The translations under genes were made by a program, and so were the position numbers. Positions 9,423 through 19,984 of a stretch of DNA of 64,000 nucleotides are shown here, piece after piece (the first letter of the stretch is position 1; each line of letters starts with the position of its first letter). The notes beneath the pieces are model-generated. The model saw only the letters and a program-made list of their open reading frames with translations. It did not search any database and was not told the DNA's origin. Origin of the DNA: an uncultured Planctomycetota bacterium (GTDB lineage: Bacteria; Planctomycetota; Planctomycetia; Isosphaerales; Isosphaeraceae); the NCBI GenBank assembly GCA_963737655.1, contig CAVTTN010000002.1:3680001-3744000 (forward strand). The letters are read 5' to 3'.

Positions 9423-12078
9423 CTAGCCGCCTGTGGCCGCCATGATCTTTTCGAGGGTTCGCTCGCCGGGTTCCTTGGTCCCTTTGCACTTGGGGTAATT
9501 GGCACAGCCGAGGAAGAATCCCCGGCGCCCTCGGCGGACGAGCATGGCGCCTCCGCAGTTGTCGCAAGTCTCTTCCACGACGATCGTTTTGAGGTCCGGG
9601 CCGGCGGGGGCGGCTGGGGCGGGCAGGTCGCCGATCTTGTCCTTCAGGTCGTCGGGAATCGGCGCGGTGCTTCGGCACTTGGGGTAATTCAGGCAGCCGA
9701 GGAAGGCTCCCCGGCGGCCCTGCTTCAGCCCCATCGGCCCTCCGCACTTCTCGCACTTGACGTCCACCTCGACCGGCCGGACCGGCTCCCCCTTGTCGTC
9801 CACCGGCATGGTGTTCCGGCACTTGGGATAGCCCGTGCAGCCGAGGAACGGGCCCCGGGCCCCTTGACGCAACGCCATGGGCTTGCCGCACTTGGGGCAG
9901 GCATGATCGGTCTCGACCACCGAGGGGACCGGGTTGCCCGCCTCGTCGATGTTGAACGTCTGCTTGCAGACCTTGTTGTCGGCGCAGGCGAGGAACGGGC
10001 CTCGTCGGCCTTCCCGCAAGATGAGCGTCTTGCCGCACTTCGGGCATTTGTGCTCGGTTTCGATCGCCTCGGGTCGGGGGCCGCCGTCCTTGGGCCGGGT
10101 CGCCTTGCATTCCGGGTAGGTCGAGCAGGAGAGGAACGGCTCCCCCCGGCTGAACTTCACCACCATCGGCGCGCCGCACTTGTGGCAGACCTCGTCCGAG
10201 GGGATCTGCACCTTCTGCATGTTCTTCTCGGCCGCGCTCAGCGAAGCCTGGAACGGGCCGTAGAACTCGTCGAGGACCTTGACCATGTCCTCCTTCGCCT
10301 GGGCGATGTCGTCGAGCTCGTCCTCCATGTGGGCGGTGAACTTCAGGTCGAGGATCTTGGGAAAATGCTCGACGAGCAGGTCGGTCACGACCATCCCGAG
10401 GTCCGTCGCGTGGAACCGGCGCTCCTTCTGCTCGACGTAGTGGCGATCCTGGATGGTCTGGATGATCGGCGCGTAAGTCGAAGGCCGGCCGATGTTTTCC
10501 TTCTCCAGGGCCTTGATCAGGGTGGCCTCGGTGTACCTCGGAGGCGGCTGGGTGAAGTGCTGGGTCGGGTTCAGCTCGTGGAGGTCGAGCGCCTGGCCCA
10601 CGCTCATCGCCGGCAGGAGCGCGTCTTCCTGCTTCCCGGCCGGGGGGAGGACCCGGCGGTAGCCGTCGAACCGGAGGATCTTGCCCTGGGTCTTGAACAG
10701 GCCCTCGCCGGCCCGGATCTCGACGTTCGTGACCTCGAAGACCGCCGGGGTCATCTGGCTGGCGACGAACCGGCGGAAGATGATCTGGTAAAGCTTGAAC
10801 TGGTCGGGGGTTAGGCGCGTCCGAATCGATTCGGGCGAGAGCGTCAGGTCGGTCGGGCGGATCGCCTCGTGGGCCTCCTGCGCCTGCTTGCCGGCGGCGT
10901 ATTTGTTCGGCTTGGGTGGCAAGTAGCGGTCGCCATAATCCCGGCCGATCAGGTCGCGGACGCCGGTGATGGCATCGTCGGAGACGCGGAGGCTGTCCGT
11001 CCTCATGTAGGTGATCAGGCCCACGGGTCCGTCCCCGCCGACGTCGATCCCCTCGTAGAGTTCCTGGGCGATCTTCATGGTCCTCTTGCCCGAGAACCGG
11101 AGGCGGATCGCCGCTTGCTGCTGGAGCGTGCTGGTCTTGAACGGGGCGTCGGGCTTATCCAGCTTCTCCACGGTCTCCAGGCGACCAACCTGGTAATCGG
11201 AGGAAGCCAGGACGTCTCGGATGGCTCGGGCGGATTCCTCGGTCTTCGCCTCGAACTTCTTGCCCTGCCACTCGGAGAGGCTCGGCCTCGAAGCGGTCGG
11301 CTTCGGCGGTCGAGCCGCCGGGGGCGACCAGGGCGGTGATCCTCCAGTACTCCTCGGAGACGAACGCGCGGATCTCCTTCTCCCGCTCGGCGATCAGGCG
11401 GGTGGCCACGGACTGGACCCGGCCGGCGGAGAGCCCCCGGGCGACCTTGCTCCAGAGCAAGGGGCTGACCTGGTAGCCGACGAATCGGTCGAGGAACCGG
11501 CGGGCCTGCTGGGCGTTGACCTTGTCCATGTCGATCGGGCCGACGTGGTTGAACGCCTCGCGGACCGCCTTTTCGGTGATCTCGAAGAACTTGACGCGGA
11601 GGACCCGCTCATCGGGCAGGCCCAGGGCGTGCTGGAGGTGCCAGGCGATCGCCTCGCCCTCGCGGTCGGGGTCGGTGGCGAGATAGACCATCTCGACCTT
11701 GGCGGCCTCCTTCTTCAGGTCGGCGATCGTGGCCTTCTTGTCCTCGGAGACCACGTAGCGGGGTCGGTAGCCGTGGGCGACGTCGATCCCCAGGTCCTTG
11801 CCCTTGCTGGGGAGGTCGCGGACGTGCCCCATGCTCGCCTTGACGATGAATTTCGAGCCCAGGAACTTGTTGATCGACTTGGCCTTCTTCGGACTCTCGA
11901 CGATCACCAGGGAACGGCCGTTGATGACCGGGGCGGGTCCGTCGGCCACCTTCCGGGCCTTCGGGGCGGCCTTGGCGCCGGCCTTGGCCGCGGCCTTCGG
12001 GGCGGTCTTGCGCCGAGGGGCGGCCTTGGCGTCCCCCTTTTCTTCCGCATCGGACGATTTGGCGGTCTTGCGGGCCAC
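9423..12078 (-). CDS. topA: DNA topoisomerase I with C-terminal C4 zinc-ribbon repeats; split by a +1 indel near 11280
   Basis: [36 protein letters not shown] and SAGRVQS lie in ORF 11155..12078. [28 protein letters not shown] and CPKCG repeats lie in ORF 9423..11171. The frames join at [13 protein letters not shown]. Confidence 0.95.
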
Positions 12079-12399
12079 GATGATTCCTGATCCTTATCTC
12101 GCCAGGGGTTCGGTCGACCCTCGGGCGGCTCCTGGTTGCTCTCTCGGGCGTTCCTGGTACACTCCGCCCGGGCCGGACCGTTGCCGGACGGCCGCGCCTT
12201 TCAATAAGCTAGGGTATCCGGCCGTGTCAAGGGGGGCCGACCCGGCCGGTGGGCCCGGGCGACCTCCTCGAACCGTCCGAGTTCTCGACTTACGTCCACC
12301 AAATCGAGAAGGTTCATTCCCGACGGCGAACGATCTTTCCCGGGCCTCCATGCTCGCATCACGTCGCCCGGAGAGGGGCCGCCCCAAGAGGACACAGTC

Positions 12400-14286
12400 A
12401 TGCCGTTCGCCGTGTTTCGCCGTCACCAGCGGAAGTTGCTGGCCATCTTCGCCATCCTCGCCATGTTCGGATTCGTCCTGGCGGACTCGCTGCCCAGCTT
12501 CGTCGGCAAGACCCGGGGCGGGGCCGGCTCCGACCCGGTGCTGGCCCGGCTCTATGGGCGGGACGTCCGCGATTCCGACTTCCAGGGCCTTCGCGAGTCC
12601 CGGATGAGGGCGAACCAGTTCGTCTATCAGATCCCCATCGACGCCAGGAACCCAAACCCGCAATACTTCGGCGGTTACACCTCGGGCGACATGGTCACGG
12701 CCTACATCCTCCAGCATGAGGCCGACCGGCTCCACCTGCCGGTCTCGGCGGACCTCGCCTATCAATGGATCAAGCAGAAGACCGGGGGCATGTATAACGC
12801 GGCGTATCTGGATGGCGTCTATCGCCGGTGCGGGTTCGCCGACAAGGGGATCACCGAGGATCAGGTCCTCCTGGACATCGCCCAGCAGCTCCGGCTCCAG
12901 ACCGTCCTGACCCTGCCGATGGGGGTGCCGCCGTATGCCTCCGAGACCACTCCTCTGGACGTCTACCAGACCTACCGCGACCAGACCGAGAAGGTCTCGG
13001 CCTTCTTCGTCGATTTCCCGGTCGAGAACTACTTCGACAAGGTGGGCGAGCCGACCGAGGCCGAGGTCCGGGAACTCTTCGAGGCATCCCGGAGCGCCAT
13101 CCCCGACCCCGACCGGCCGACGCCGGGGTTCATGATCCCCCGGAAGGTGAAGTTCGAGGCCGTCAGCGCCGACGTCCTCGCCGTGGCCGCCACGATCCGC
13201 CCCAAGCTGATGGCCAAGGACCAGGAGAAGGAGCTTCGCGAGATCTACGAGGCCCGCCGGGCCGAGTTCCCCGCCCCTCCCGGCGAGCTGCCGCTCTCCC
13301 TGTTCGCCAACGCCCCGGACCTCACCCCGTACGACGCCTTCCCCGACGTCAAGCCCCGCCTGGTGGAGGTGATCTCCGAGGAACGGGCCCGGGAGGAGAT
13401 CAATGCGAAGTTCGAGGACATCAAATCCAACGTCATGAGCACGTTCGAGAACGAATACTACACGAAGGCCGACGAGATGAAGGACTCGGGCAAGTCGGCC
13501 GACCTGCCTTCGCCCGGCGACCTCCTGAAGAAGGCTGCCGCCAAGGCCGGTGTGACCTACGAATCCTATCCGCCGGTCTCGCGGTCCGACGTCGAGACCC
13601 TGGGCGCGATCGCCCGGAGCCGGCTGGGGACCACCCCCCTGGCCGCTTCGCTGTCGTTCCCCGAGATCGCGTTCAACCCGAGGACGGGGCTGTATATCTC
13701 CCAGGAATTGACCGACCCGTCCGACGTCCGGTTCCTGGCCTGGAAGGTCGCCGACACCCCGGCCCGGACGCCGGACCTCGACAGCGTGAGGACCCAGGTC
13801 GTCCGCGCCTGGAAGGTGGCCAAGGCCCGCCCCCTGGCCGAGGCCGACGCCAAGGCGTTCGCCGACAAGGTGTCCAAGGCGGGCGGCGGCGACAAGATCA
13901 AGGCGGTTGCGGGGGACCGGACCGTTCAATCCACCGAACCCCGCTCCAAGTTCGGCGGGGCGATGCCGATGGAAGTCGCCGAAATCCCCCACGCCGGCGA
14001 GGAACTGCATGACGCGATCTTCGCGCTCGATCCCAAGAGCGCCACCGTCGCCCACAACGCACCCGAGACGCACTTCTACGTCTTGAGCCTCCGCGACCGC
14101 GAGCCGACGAAGATCGACCAGCTCTACTCCTTCGGCCTGGCGAACTACATGCTCGGAGAGGTCGGCACCGTGACCGCCCGCAAGCGGTTCCGCACCTGGA
14201 TCACCACCCTCCAGCAACGAGCCGGCCTCCCTCCCGACTGGACCCCGCCGAAAGAAGGGAAGGCCGAGGCCGACGACCTCGAATGA
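12400..14286 (+). CDS. Membrane-anchored periplasmic protein, PpiD/SurA-N-like chaperone (tentative)
   Basis: N-terminal FRRHQRKLLAIFAILAMFGFVL anchor, then about 600 aa of helical region; architecture resembles PpiD. Confidence 0.6.
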   Translation: MPFAVFRRHQRKLLAIFAILAMFGFVLADSLPSFVGKTRGGAGSDPVLARLYGRDVRDSDFQGLRESRMRANQFVYQIPIDARNPNPQYFGGYTSGDMVTAYILQHEADRLHLPVSADLAYQWIKQKTGGMYNAAYLDGVYRRCGFADKGITEDQVLLDIAQQLRLQTVLTLPMGVPPYASETTPLDVYQTYRDQTEKVSAFFVDFPVENYFDKVGEPTEAEVRELFEASRSAIPDPDRPTPGFMIPRKVKFEAVSADVLAVAATIRPKLMAKDQEKELREIYEARRAEFPAPPGELPLSLFANAPDLTPYDAFPDVKPRLVEVISEERAREEINAKFEDIKSNVMSTFENEYYTKADEMKDSGKSADLPSPGDLLKKAAAKAGVTYESYPPVSRSDVETLGAIARSRLGTTPLAASLSFPEIAFNPRTGLYISQELTDPSDVRFLAWKVADTPARTPDLDSVRTQVVRAWKVAKARPLAEADAKAFADKVSKAGGGDKIKAVAGDRTVQSTEPRSKFGGAMPMEVAEIPHAGEELHDAIFALDPKSATVAHNAPETHFYVLSLRDREPTKIDQLYSFGLANYMLGEVGTVTARKRFRTWITTLQQRAGLPPDWTPPKEGKAEADDLE

Positions 14287-14310
14287 GCACCAGTTTGCCT
14301 GAACACCGTT

Positions 14311-14348
14311 CGTAGGGCCCGCCTCGGCAGGCCGAGGCGGGCCCTACG
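14311..14348. repeat. Perfect 18-bp palindrome with GTAG ends (REP-like / bidirectional terminator)
   Basis: CGTAGGGCCCGCCTCGGC-AG-GCCGAGGCGGGCCCTACG between convergent genes. Confidence 0.75.
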
Positions 14349-14351
14349 ACG

Positions 14352-15686
14352 TCAAAATGGCCGGATTCCCGGGCTGGACCCGAAATGGATGTGGGCATAG
14401 CCCGCGACGAGCCCGCCGATGCCGATCGCATCGGGCCGCGGCTCGCCCCCCGGGCCGTGCAACGTGGTCGCCCGGGGCAACGGGCCCAGGGGTTCCAGTC
14501 TGGAGTAGTGGAACTCGTGCCCTCGCCATTCCGTCCCAACCGGGCCGAGCAGGCACGACCGCTCGACCCGGCTGGTTACATAGGAAAGTCGGACAAAACG
14601 TTCCTGCATGAGCGTCCGAGCCGGCAAGAGGTCCCACATCGGGAATTCCCGGCCGCGAACGTCCACGAGCGACCGGGCACACGCCATCAATCCGCCGCAT
14701 TCCGCGTAGATTGCCCCCCCGTCGCGATGGAACCGGCGGATCGCCTCGCGCATCAACCCATTCGACGCGATCCGATCGGCATGGAGTTCGGGATAGCCGC
14801 CCCCGAGATACAGGGCCGTGACTCCGGGCGGCAATTCGCGATCGTCCAGCGGGGAAAACTCGACGAGCTCAGCCCCCGAGTCGCGCAGAATCTCCAGATT
14901 ATCTTCATAATAGAAGCAGAACGCCCGATCGCGAGCGACCCCGATCCGCCCTCGCCTTTCAAAGGGGGCGGGTTCGGTCGTTTCGGCAAGCTGAGGGGGA
15001 CGGGCGAGGTCCAGGATGCGGTCGAGGTCGATCGTCGCCTCGGCGGCGTCGGCCAGGGCCTCCACCCATCGGGGGTTCGGCTCGCGATCCTCGGGAGGCA
15101 CCAGACCGAGGTGCCGCGAGGGGACGGTCAGCCGCGAATCCCTCTCCAGGAACCCGACCGACGGAGCATCTCCGGCCGAGGCGAGGGCCGGGGCGAGATA
15201 GTCGTCATGATGGCGACGGCTGCCGACCCGGTTCGCGACCACGCCTGCAATCGTCACCCGAGGATCGAACCGGGCGAACCCCCGGACCAGCGCCGCGATC
15301 GAGCGGGCCATCCCTCGGGCCTCGACCACGAGGACGACGGGCAAGTCGAGGATCTGGGCAATCTCGGCGGTCGATCCGGCCGGATCCGTCCCGCCTCGAC
15401 CATCAAACAGCCCCATCACCCCTTCGATCACGGCGAAATCCGCCCCCGAGGCGCCGAGGCGGAACGTCCGGGACAGGGCCTCGGTCGAGAGCATCCATGA
15501 ATCCAGATTTCGACCGGGTCGATCCGTGATGGTTCGATGCTGCATCGGGTCGAGGAAGTCGGGGCCGACCTTGAAGCCCTGGACCGTCCGCCCTCGCCGT
15601 CGCAGGGCCGCCATCAGGGCGAGGCTCACGGTCGTCTTGCCCGACCCGGAATGCGTGCCGGCCACGATCACCGAGGGGATGGTCAT
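14352..15686 (-). CDS. cbiA: Cobyrinate a,c-diamide synthase
   Basis: AGTHSGSGKTT, FKVGPDFLDP, EGVMGLFDG, SRHLGL, AFCFYY, YAECGG, GHEFHYS. Confidence 0.95.
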   Translation of the reverse strand: MTIPSVIVAGTHSGSGKTTVSLALMAALRRRGRTVQGFKVGPDFLDPMQHRTITDRPGRNLDSWMLSTEALSRTFRLGASGADFAVIEGVMGLFDGRGGTDPAGSTAEIAQILDLPVVLVVEARGMARSIAALVRGFARFDPRVTIAGVVANRVGSRRHHDDYLAPALASAGDAPSVGFLERDSRLTVPSRHLGLVPPEDREPNPRWVEALADAAEATIDLDRILDLARPPQLAETTEPAPFERRGRIGVARDRAFCFYYEDNLEILRDSGAELVEFSPLDDRELPPGVTALYLGGGYPELHADRIASNGLMREAIRRFHRDGGAIYAECGGLMACARSLVDVRGREFPMWDLLPARTLMQERFVRLSYVTSRVERSCLLGPVGTEWRGHEFHYSRLEPLGPLPRATTLHGPGGEPRPDAIGIGGLVAGYAHIHFGSSPGIRPF

Positions 15687-15796
15687 GAGATTGAGAGACT
15701 CAAGGAATGGGAAATCTGCGGAATCTGCGTCATGGGTGATCGCCGAATGCCCTTGTTTCTACTTCGAATGCACAATAATTAGATCAATCCAATAGA

Positions 15797-15816
15797 TGCA
15801 TTTCATGCACCCTACG
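15797..15816 (-). repeat. Single GTAG-type REP-like unit overlapping the cobM stop codon
   Basis: Minus strand reads CGTAGGGTGCATGAAATGCA; 20/20 identical to 56491-56510. Confidence 0.75.
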
Positions 15817-16618
15817 GGGAGGGAATCTGCGAAGCCTCTTCTCGGGCCTTGCGGAAGTGGTGGGAATAGGTCTTGTCATAAAGATGGCTTTCTCGGGGAG
15901 CGACGTCTCCGAGCATGGGGCCGATGAGGATCAGGGCCGTCATCGTGATTTCGGCCTCGGCCATCCGGCGTTCGACCTCGTCCAGGGTGCAGCGAAGGAA
16001 CGTTTCGTCGGGCCAGGAAACGCGGTGGGCGACGACCACGGGGGCTTCGGGGCCGTAGTGGGGCATCAGGGCCTCGACGACCTCGGGCATCTGCGCGGCC
16101 GAGAGGAAAAGGCAGAGTCCGGCCCGATGGGCGGCCAGATCCGCCAGGTTCTCGTTGGCGGGCAGGCCCGTCCGGCCGGAGGCTCGCGAGAGGATCACGG
16201 TCTGGTTCACCCCGGCGGGCGTCAGCTCGATCTTCAGGGCGGCGGCGGCGGCCTGGAAGGCGCTCACGCCCGGGACGATCTCGGACTCGATCCCGAGTTC
16301 GTCGAGCCGACGGATCTGCTCGGAGATCGCGCCGTACAGGCTCGGATCGCCCGAGTGAACCCTGGCCACGTCCTCGCCCCGCGAGGTGGCCTCGTCGAGG
16401 AACGCGATGATGGAATCCAGGTCCATGCTGGCCGAGTTGCGGACCGTCGCCCCGGGCGGGGCGAAGGCGACGACGGCCCTCGGGACCAGGCTCCCGGCGA
16501 ACAGGCAGGCCGGGCATCGTTCGATCAGGGAGCGGCCCCGGACCGTGATGAGGTCCGGGTCTCCGGGACCGGCGCCGATGAAGAATACCTTGCCTCGGCG
16601 CCTCTGAAGATCGGTCAT
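15812..16618 (-). CDS. cobM: Precorrin-4 C11-methyltransferase
   Basis: VFFIGAGPGDPDLITVRG, FAGSLV, RVHSGDPSLYGAISEQ, PGVSAFQAAAA, SHLY. Confidence 0.94.
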   Translation of the reverse strand: MTDLQRRRGKVFFIGAGPGDPDLITVRGRSLIERCPACLFAGSLVPRAVVAFAPPGATVRNSASMDLDSIIAFLDEATSRGEDVARVHSGDPSLYGAISEQIRRLDELGIESEIVPGVSAFQAAAAALKIELTPAGVNQTVILSRASGRTGLPANENLADLAAHRAGLCLFLSAAQMPEVVEALMPHYGPEAPVVVAHRVSWPDETFLRCTLDEVERRMAEAEITMTALILIGPMLGDVAPRESHLYDKTYSHHFRKAREEASQIPSP

Positions 16619-16642
16619 GTCGGGGTCTCGGGAAGATCGGGC

Positions 16643-17194
16643 TCAAAGCAAGGTCTTGGCCAGGAGGATCATGGCGCCCCAGGCGATCGGCCAGGTCACC
16701 AGGACGGCCACGGCGGTGGCGTGGGTCCAGGCCGGGCCGGGTCGATCCGCTCGAGCGTCGGCCTTCGGCGAGAAGGCCCGGAGCAGGACCGCCCCGACGA
16801 TCGGGAAGACGCCGAACAGCGGGTTGACCGGCAGGGGGGACGGCACGACGAGGACCGCCATCCCCAGCCAGTAGCCGCCGATCAGGATCCAGGCCGTCTC
16901 GGCCCAGGTGAACCGGGACGCCCCGGGCCGGGCGGGGTCCGAGGGCCGCGACCGCCGATCGATCAGGAGGACGAGAGGGCCGCCCATCGCCAGGCCGAGC
17001 CAGAGATAGAGGATGCCCAGGACGACCCCGGAGCCTGTCGAGGGCAGGCCGCCCGCCGGCCAGAAGGCGCGGAGGAGGCCGGCCGCCAGCGCATACGCCA
17101 CGACCAGGCCGGCGACTTCCAGGAGGCGGATGCCTCGTCTCGGTCCGGGGGATTCCATAAGAGTTCGCTCGTCGATCCTGGGACGTCCGGTCAT
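16643..17194 (-). CDS. Multi-pass membrane protein of unknown function (paralogue A)
   Basis: About 5 hydrophobic segments; ATG overlaps the upstream TGA (ATGA 17191-17194); alternative start at MESPG. Confidence 0.7.
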   Translation of the reverse strand: MTGRPRIDERTLMESPGPRRGIRLLEVAGLVVAYALAAGLLRAFWPAGGLPSTGSGVVLGILYLWLGLAMGGPLVLLIDRRSRPSDPARPGASRFTWAETAWILIGGYWLGMAVLVVPSPLPVNPLFGVFPIVGAVLLRAFSPKADARADRPGPAWTHATAVAVLVTWPIAWGAMILLAKTLL

Positions 17195-17730
17195 CGGCTG
17201 ACGAGCATCGACTCCGAGTCGAGCACGATCAGGAGGAATCCCACCTGCAAGGGCCACGCGAAGGCGACGGCCAGGCCCACTCGATCGGTCCAGGGCCGGG
17301 GAGAGTCGCCCCGAGCCGAGGCCGGCCCGATCACCCAGGCCCTCCAGAGCGCCGCGAGGACCGCCAGGCAGGCCCCTCCGACTCCCAGCATCAACGGGAA
17401 GGAGTACAGATCGATCCGTCCCGGGCCTCTGCTGAGTGGCGACATGATCACCCAGGGCACGCCGAGGACCGCCCAGAGGCGATCGCCGAGCCGGGGATAG
17501 CCGGGCGCCCTCCGGCCGAGGTAGCGGCGGGCGAGGTAGACGAACGTGCCGGTCGTCGTGACCGCGATCCCCGAAAAGGTGAACCAGACCAGGGCCCAGC
17601 CCGCCCCGACGGCGATCTCGACCGGCGTGCGGAGATGGACCGAGGCGACGGCCGCCGCGACGATCACGGCGATGCCGTCTCGGATCGAGAAGCCATCGGC
17701 CCGGGGGTTTCGGGGTGTCCGGGGTTCCAA
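17191..17730 (-). CDS. Multi-pass membrane protein of unknown function (paralogue B)
   Basis: C-terminal part of ORF 17191..19386; about 5 TM segments; start uncertain (TTG at 17730 chosen). Confidence 0.65.
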   Translation of the reverse strand: MEPRTPRNPRADGFSIRDGIAVIVAAAVASVHLRTPVEIAVGAGWALVWFTFSGIAVTTTGTFVYLARRYLGRRAPGYPRLGDRLWAVLGVPWVIMSPLSRGPGRIDLYSFPLMLGVGGACLAVLAALWRAWVIGPASARGDSPRPWTDRVGLAVAFAWPLQVGFLLIVLDSESMLVSR

Positions 17731-17778
17731 GCGGTCGTCTCTTCGGGCCGGTCTGGGGGACGTTGGCCTCGGCTCGAC

Positions 17779-17808
17779 TTGTCCTCGGCCGGGTGGCGCC
17801 TCTATAAT
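17779..17808 (+). promoter_or_regulatory. Putative sigma70 promoter of der
   Basis: TTGTCC-N18-TATAAT about 130 nt upstream of ATG. Confidence 0.45.
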
Positions 17809-17937
17809 AGGCGACTGCCGGGCGGCGGTCATTCCCCCTCCTCGACCCGATCCCCCCCGGCGACGGCGGGCCCGCCCCGTCCGACCCCTCGGGCCCGGGA
17901 ATGCCCGCGTCCCCGCCGAGGAGAGGAACCGTCCGCC

Positions 17938-19434
17938 ATGTCGTTGCCGAAAGTGGTGATCGTCGGCCGCCCCAACGTCGGCAAGTCGTCTCTGTTGAAC
18001 TGGCTGGCCGGGCGGCGGATCGCCATCGTCGATGACGTCTCGGGAGTCACCCGAGACCGCCTCGGCACGCTCGTGGCCGACGGCGACGGCCCCGACGCCA
18101 CGTTCTTCGAGCTGATCGACACCGGCGGGATCGGCATGGTCGATCGCGACGACCTCTCCGATCATGTGGATAAACAGATCCAGGCCGCGCTGGACGAGGC
18201 GGACCTCATCCTCTTCGCCGTCGATTGCCGGGACGGCCGGATGCCCCTGGATGAAGAGGTGGCCTCGCGGCTCCGCTACGTCGACAAGCCCGTGATCCTC
18301 GTGATCAACAAGGCCGACGACCCCTCGCTCGACGCCCAGGGCGAGGACTTCTACAAGCTCGGCCGCGGCAAGCCGATCTACGTCTCCACGCATCAAAACC
18401 GCCACAAACAAGCCCTTCTGGACCTGATCGCCGAGAAGCTGCCCAGGGCCCCCGAGGGGAAGCCGGCCGAGGAGGCGATGAAGGTCGCCGTCGTCGGACG
18501 GCCGAACACCGGGAAATCCACCTTCATCAACACCCTGGCCCGAGCCGAGAGGATGATCGTCTCGGAGGTGGCCGGCACGACCCGGGATTCGGTGGACGTC
18601 CAGTTCGAGCTCGACGGCCTGCCGTTCGTCGCCATCGACACCGCCGGGGTCCGCCGCAAGGCGAAGATCCGCGACGACCTGGACTTCTACTCCGTCCATC
18701 GCGCCGAGCGGTCGATCCGCCGGGCCGACGTGGTGTTCCTGTTCCTCGACCCGACCGAGGGGATCGCCCGGCTGGACAAGCAGCTCGCCGACTACGTCGC
18801 CAAGCACTACAAGCCGGTGGTGTTCGTGGTGAACAAGTGGGACCTGATCGCCGCGAACCCGGACGCCCCCTCGACGGAGATGATGGGCAAGTTCGCCCAC
18901 AGCGTCCAGCACGCGTTCCGGACCATGCCGTATGCCCCGCTGGCGTTCATCACGGCGAAGACGGGCAAGAACGTGAAGGCGCTCCTGAATCTCGGGCAGG
19001 CGATGTTCAAGCAGGCGAGCCGCCGGGTCGGCACGGGCTCGCTGAACAAGGTGCTCCGCGAGGCGGTGGAGGCCCACCCGCCGGCCATCCGCGAGAATCG
19101 CGCGCCCAAGGTCTACTACGCCACCCAGGTCGGCACCGCCCCGCCGACGATCGTCCTGTTCGTGAACAAGCCCTCGCTGTTCGAGGCCCCGTATCAGCGC
19201 TACCTGCTGAACGTCTTCCGCCAGAAGCTGCCGTTCAAGGACGTGCCGATCAAGCTCTACCTGCGGGCCCGGACCCAGTCCGACCCGAACGCGCCGGCCT
19301 CCTCGGACCACTCGGCCGACTCGGGCCCGACGATGGGGACGCGTCGCGGCTATGCCGACACCGGCCTGAAAGAGATCCTCGACCACGAGCTCGACCAGGA
19401 AGTCAACGAACTGCTCTCGGAGATCGACGAGTAG
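17938..19434 (+). CDS. der: Ribosome biogenesis GTPase Der (EngA)
   Basis: Two G domains: GRPNVGKS/GVTRD/DTGG/NKAD and GRPNTGKS/GTTRD/DTAG/NKWD, followed by a KH-like tail. Confidence 0.97.
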   Translation: MSLPKVVIVGRPNVGKSSLLNWLAGRRIAIVDDVSGVTRDRLGTLVADGDGPDATFFELIDTGGIGMVDRDDLSDHVDKQIQAALDEADLILFAVDCRDGRMPLDEEVASRLRYVDKPVILVINKADDPSLDAQGEDFYKLGRGKPIYVSTHQNRHKQALLDLIAEKLPRAPEGKPAEEAMKVAVVGRPNTGKSTFINTLARAERMIVSEVAGTTRDSVDVQFELDGLPFVAIDTAGVRRKAKIRDDLDFYSVHRAERSIRRADVVFLFLDPTEGIARLDKQLADYVAKHYKPVVFVVNKWDLIAANPDAPSTEMMGKFAHSVQHAFRTMPYAPLAFITAKTGKNVKALLNLGQAMFKQASRRVGTGSLNKVLREAVEAHPPAIRENRAPKVYYATQVGTAPPTIVLFVNKPSLFEAPYQRYLLNVFRQKLPFKDVPIKLYLRARTQSDPNAPASSDHSADSGPTMGTRRGYADTGLKEILDHELDQEVNELLSEIDE

Positions 19435-19865
19435 CCCAAGCCGTCAGGGCCCGGGGTCGTCGGCCTCGGCGGGCCCGAGGGCTTGCGGCCCAGGGCGATG
19501 GCGTAGGCCGTGGCGTAGGTCCGGCAGTGGGAGATCGAGACGAGGACGTCGCCGATCCCCCGCCCCACGGCCACGTCCTTCGCCCCCCCTCGGACGAGCA
19601 CCAGCGGCTGGCCGGCGGGGTCGTTGCGGACCTCCAGATCGGTCCAGGCCACGCCTCGGCTCCAGCCCGAGCCCAGCGCCTTGAGGATCGCCTCCTTCGC
19701 CGCCCATCGGCCGGCGAAATGCTCGATCGCATGCTTGCGGGCCTGGCAATAGTGGATTTCCCGCTCGGTGTAGACCCGGCGCAGGAACAGCTCGCCGTGC
19801 TGTTCGATCATCTTGCCGATCCGAGGGCACTCGACGATGTCGGTGCCGATCCCCACGATCTCCAT
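19350..19865 (-). CDS. acpS: Holo-[acyl-carrier-protein] synthase (true stop possibly at 19444 after an indel)
   Basis: IVGIGTDIVE, FAGRWAAKEAILKALG, VSISH. As read, the tail runs 85 bp into der. Confidence 0.93.
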   Translation of the reverse strand: MEIVGIGTDIVECPRIGKMIEQHGELFLRRVYTEREIHYCQARKHAIEHFAGRWAAKEAILKALGSGWSRGVAWTDLEVRNDPAGQPLVLVRGGAKDVAVGRGIGDVLVSISHCRTYATAYAIALGRKPSGPPRPTTPGPDGLGYSSISESSSLTSWSSSWSRISFRPVSA

Positions 19866-19984
19866 GACGGCCTTTCCCCGGAACCTCGCGTCCCGAAAAC
19901 CAGTGTAACGGGCGATCCGGGTCGTCGGCTATACTTGCGTGCGCCCGACCCCGACCCCCTTGATTCGAACGGAGTCGATCCGCG

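Noticed and set aside
9423..12078. topA (and pcrA) as true pseudogenes or programmed frameshifts
   Set aside because: Both halves are intact and conserved, there is no slippery site, and similar indels recur across the window, which favours assembly error.
15687..15811. Cobalamin riboswitch near cobM/cbiA
   Set aside because: AT-rich spacer with a short AATCTGCG duplication and a REP unit, but no B12-box or conserved riboswitch core that I could recognise.
19350..19446. Functional 85-bp antisense overlap of acpS and der
   Set aside because: One extra base near 19472 would end acpS at the TGA at 19444-19446; the extension reads as antisense-derived low-information sequence.
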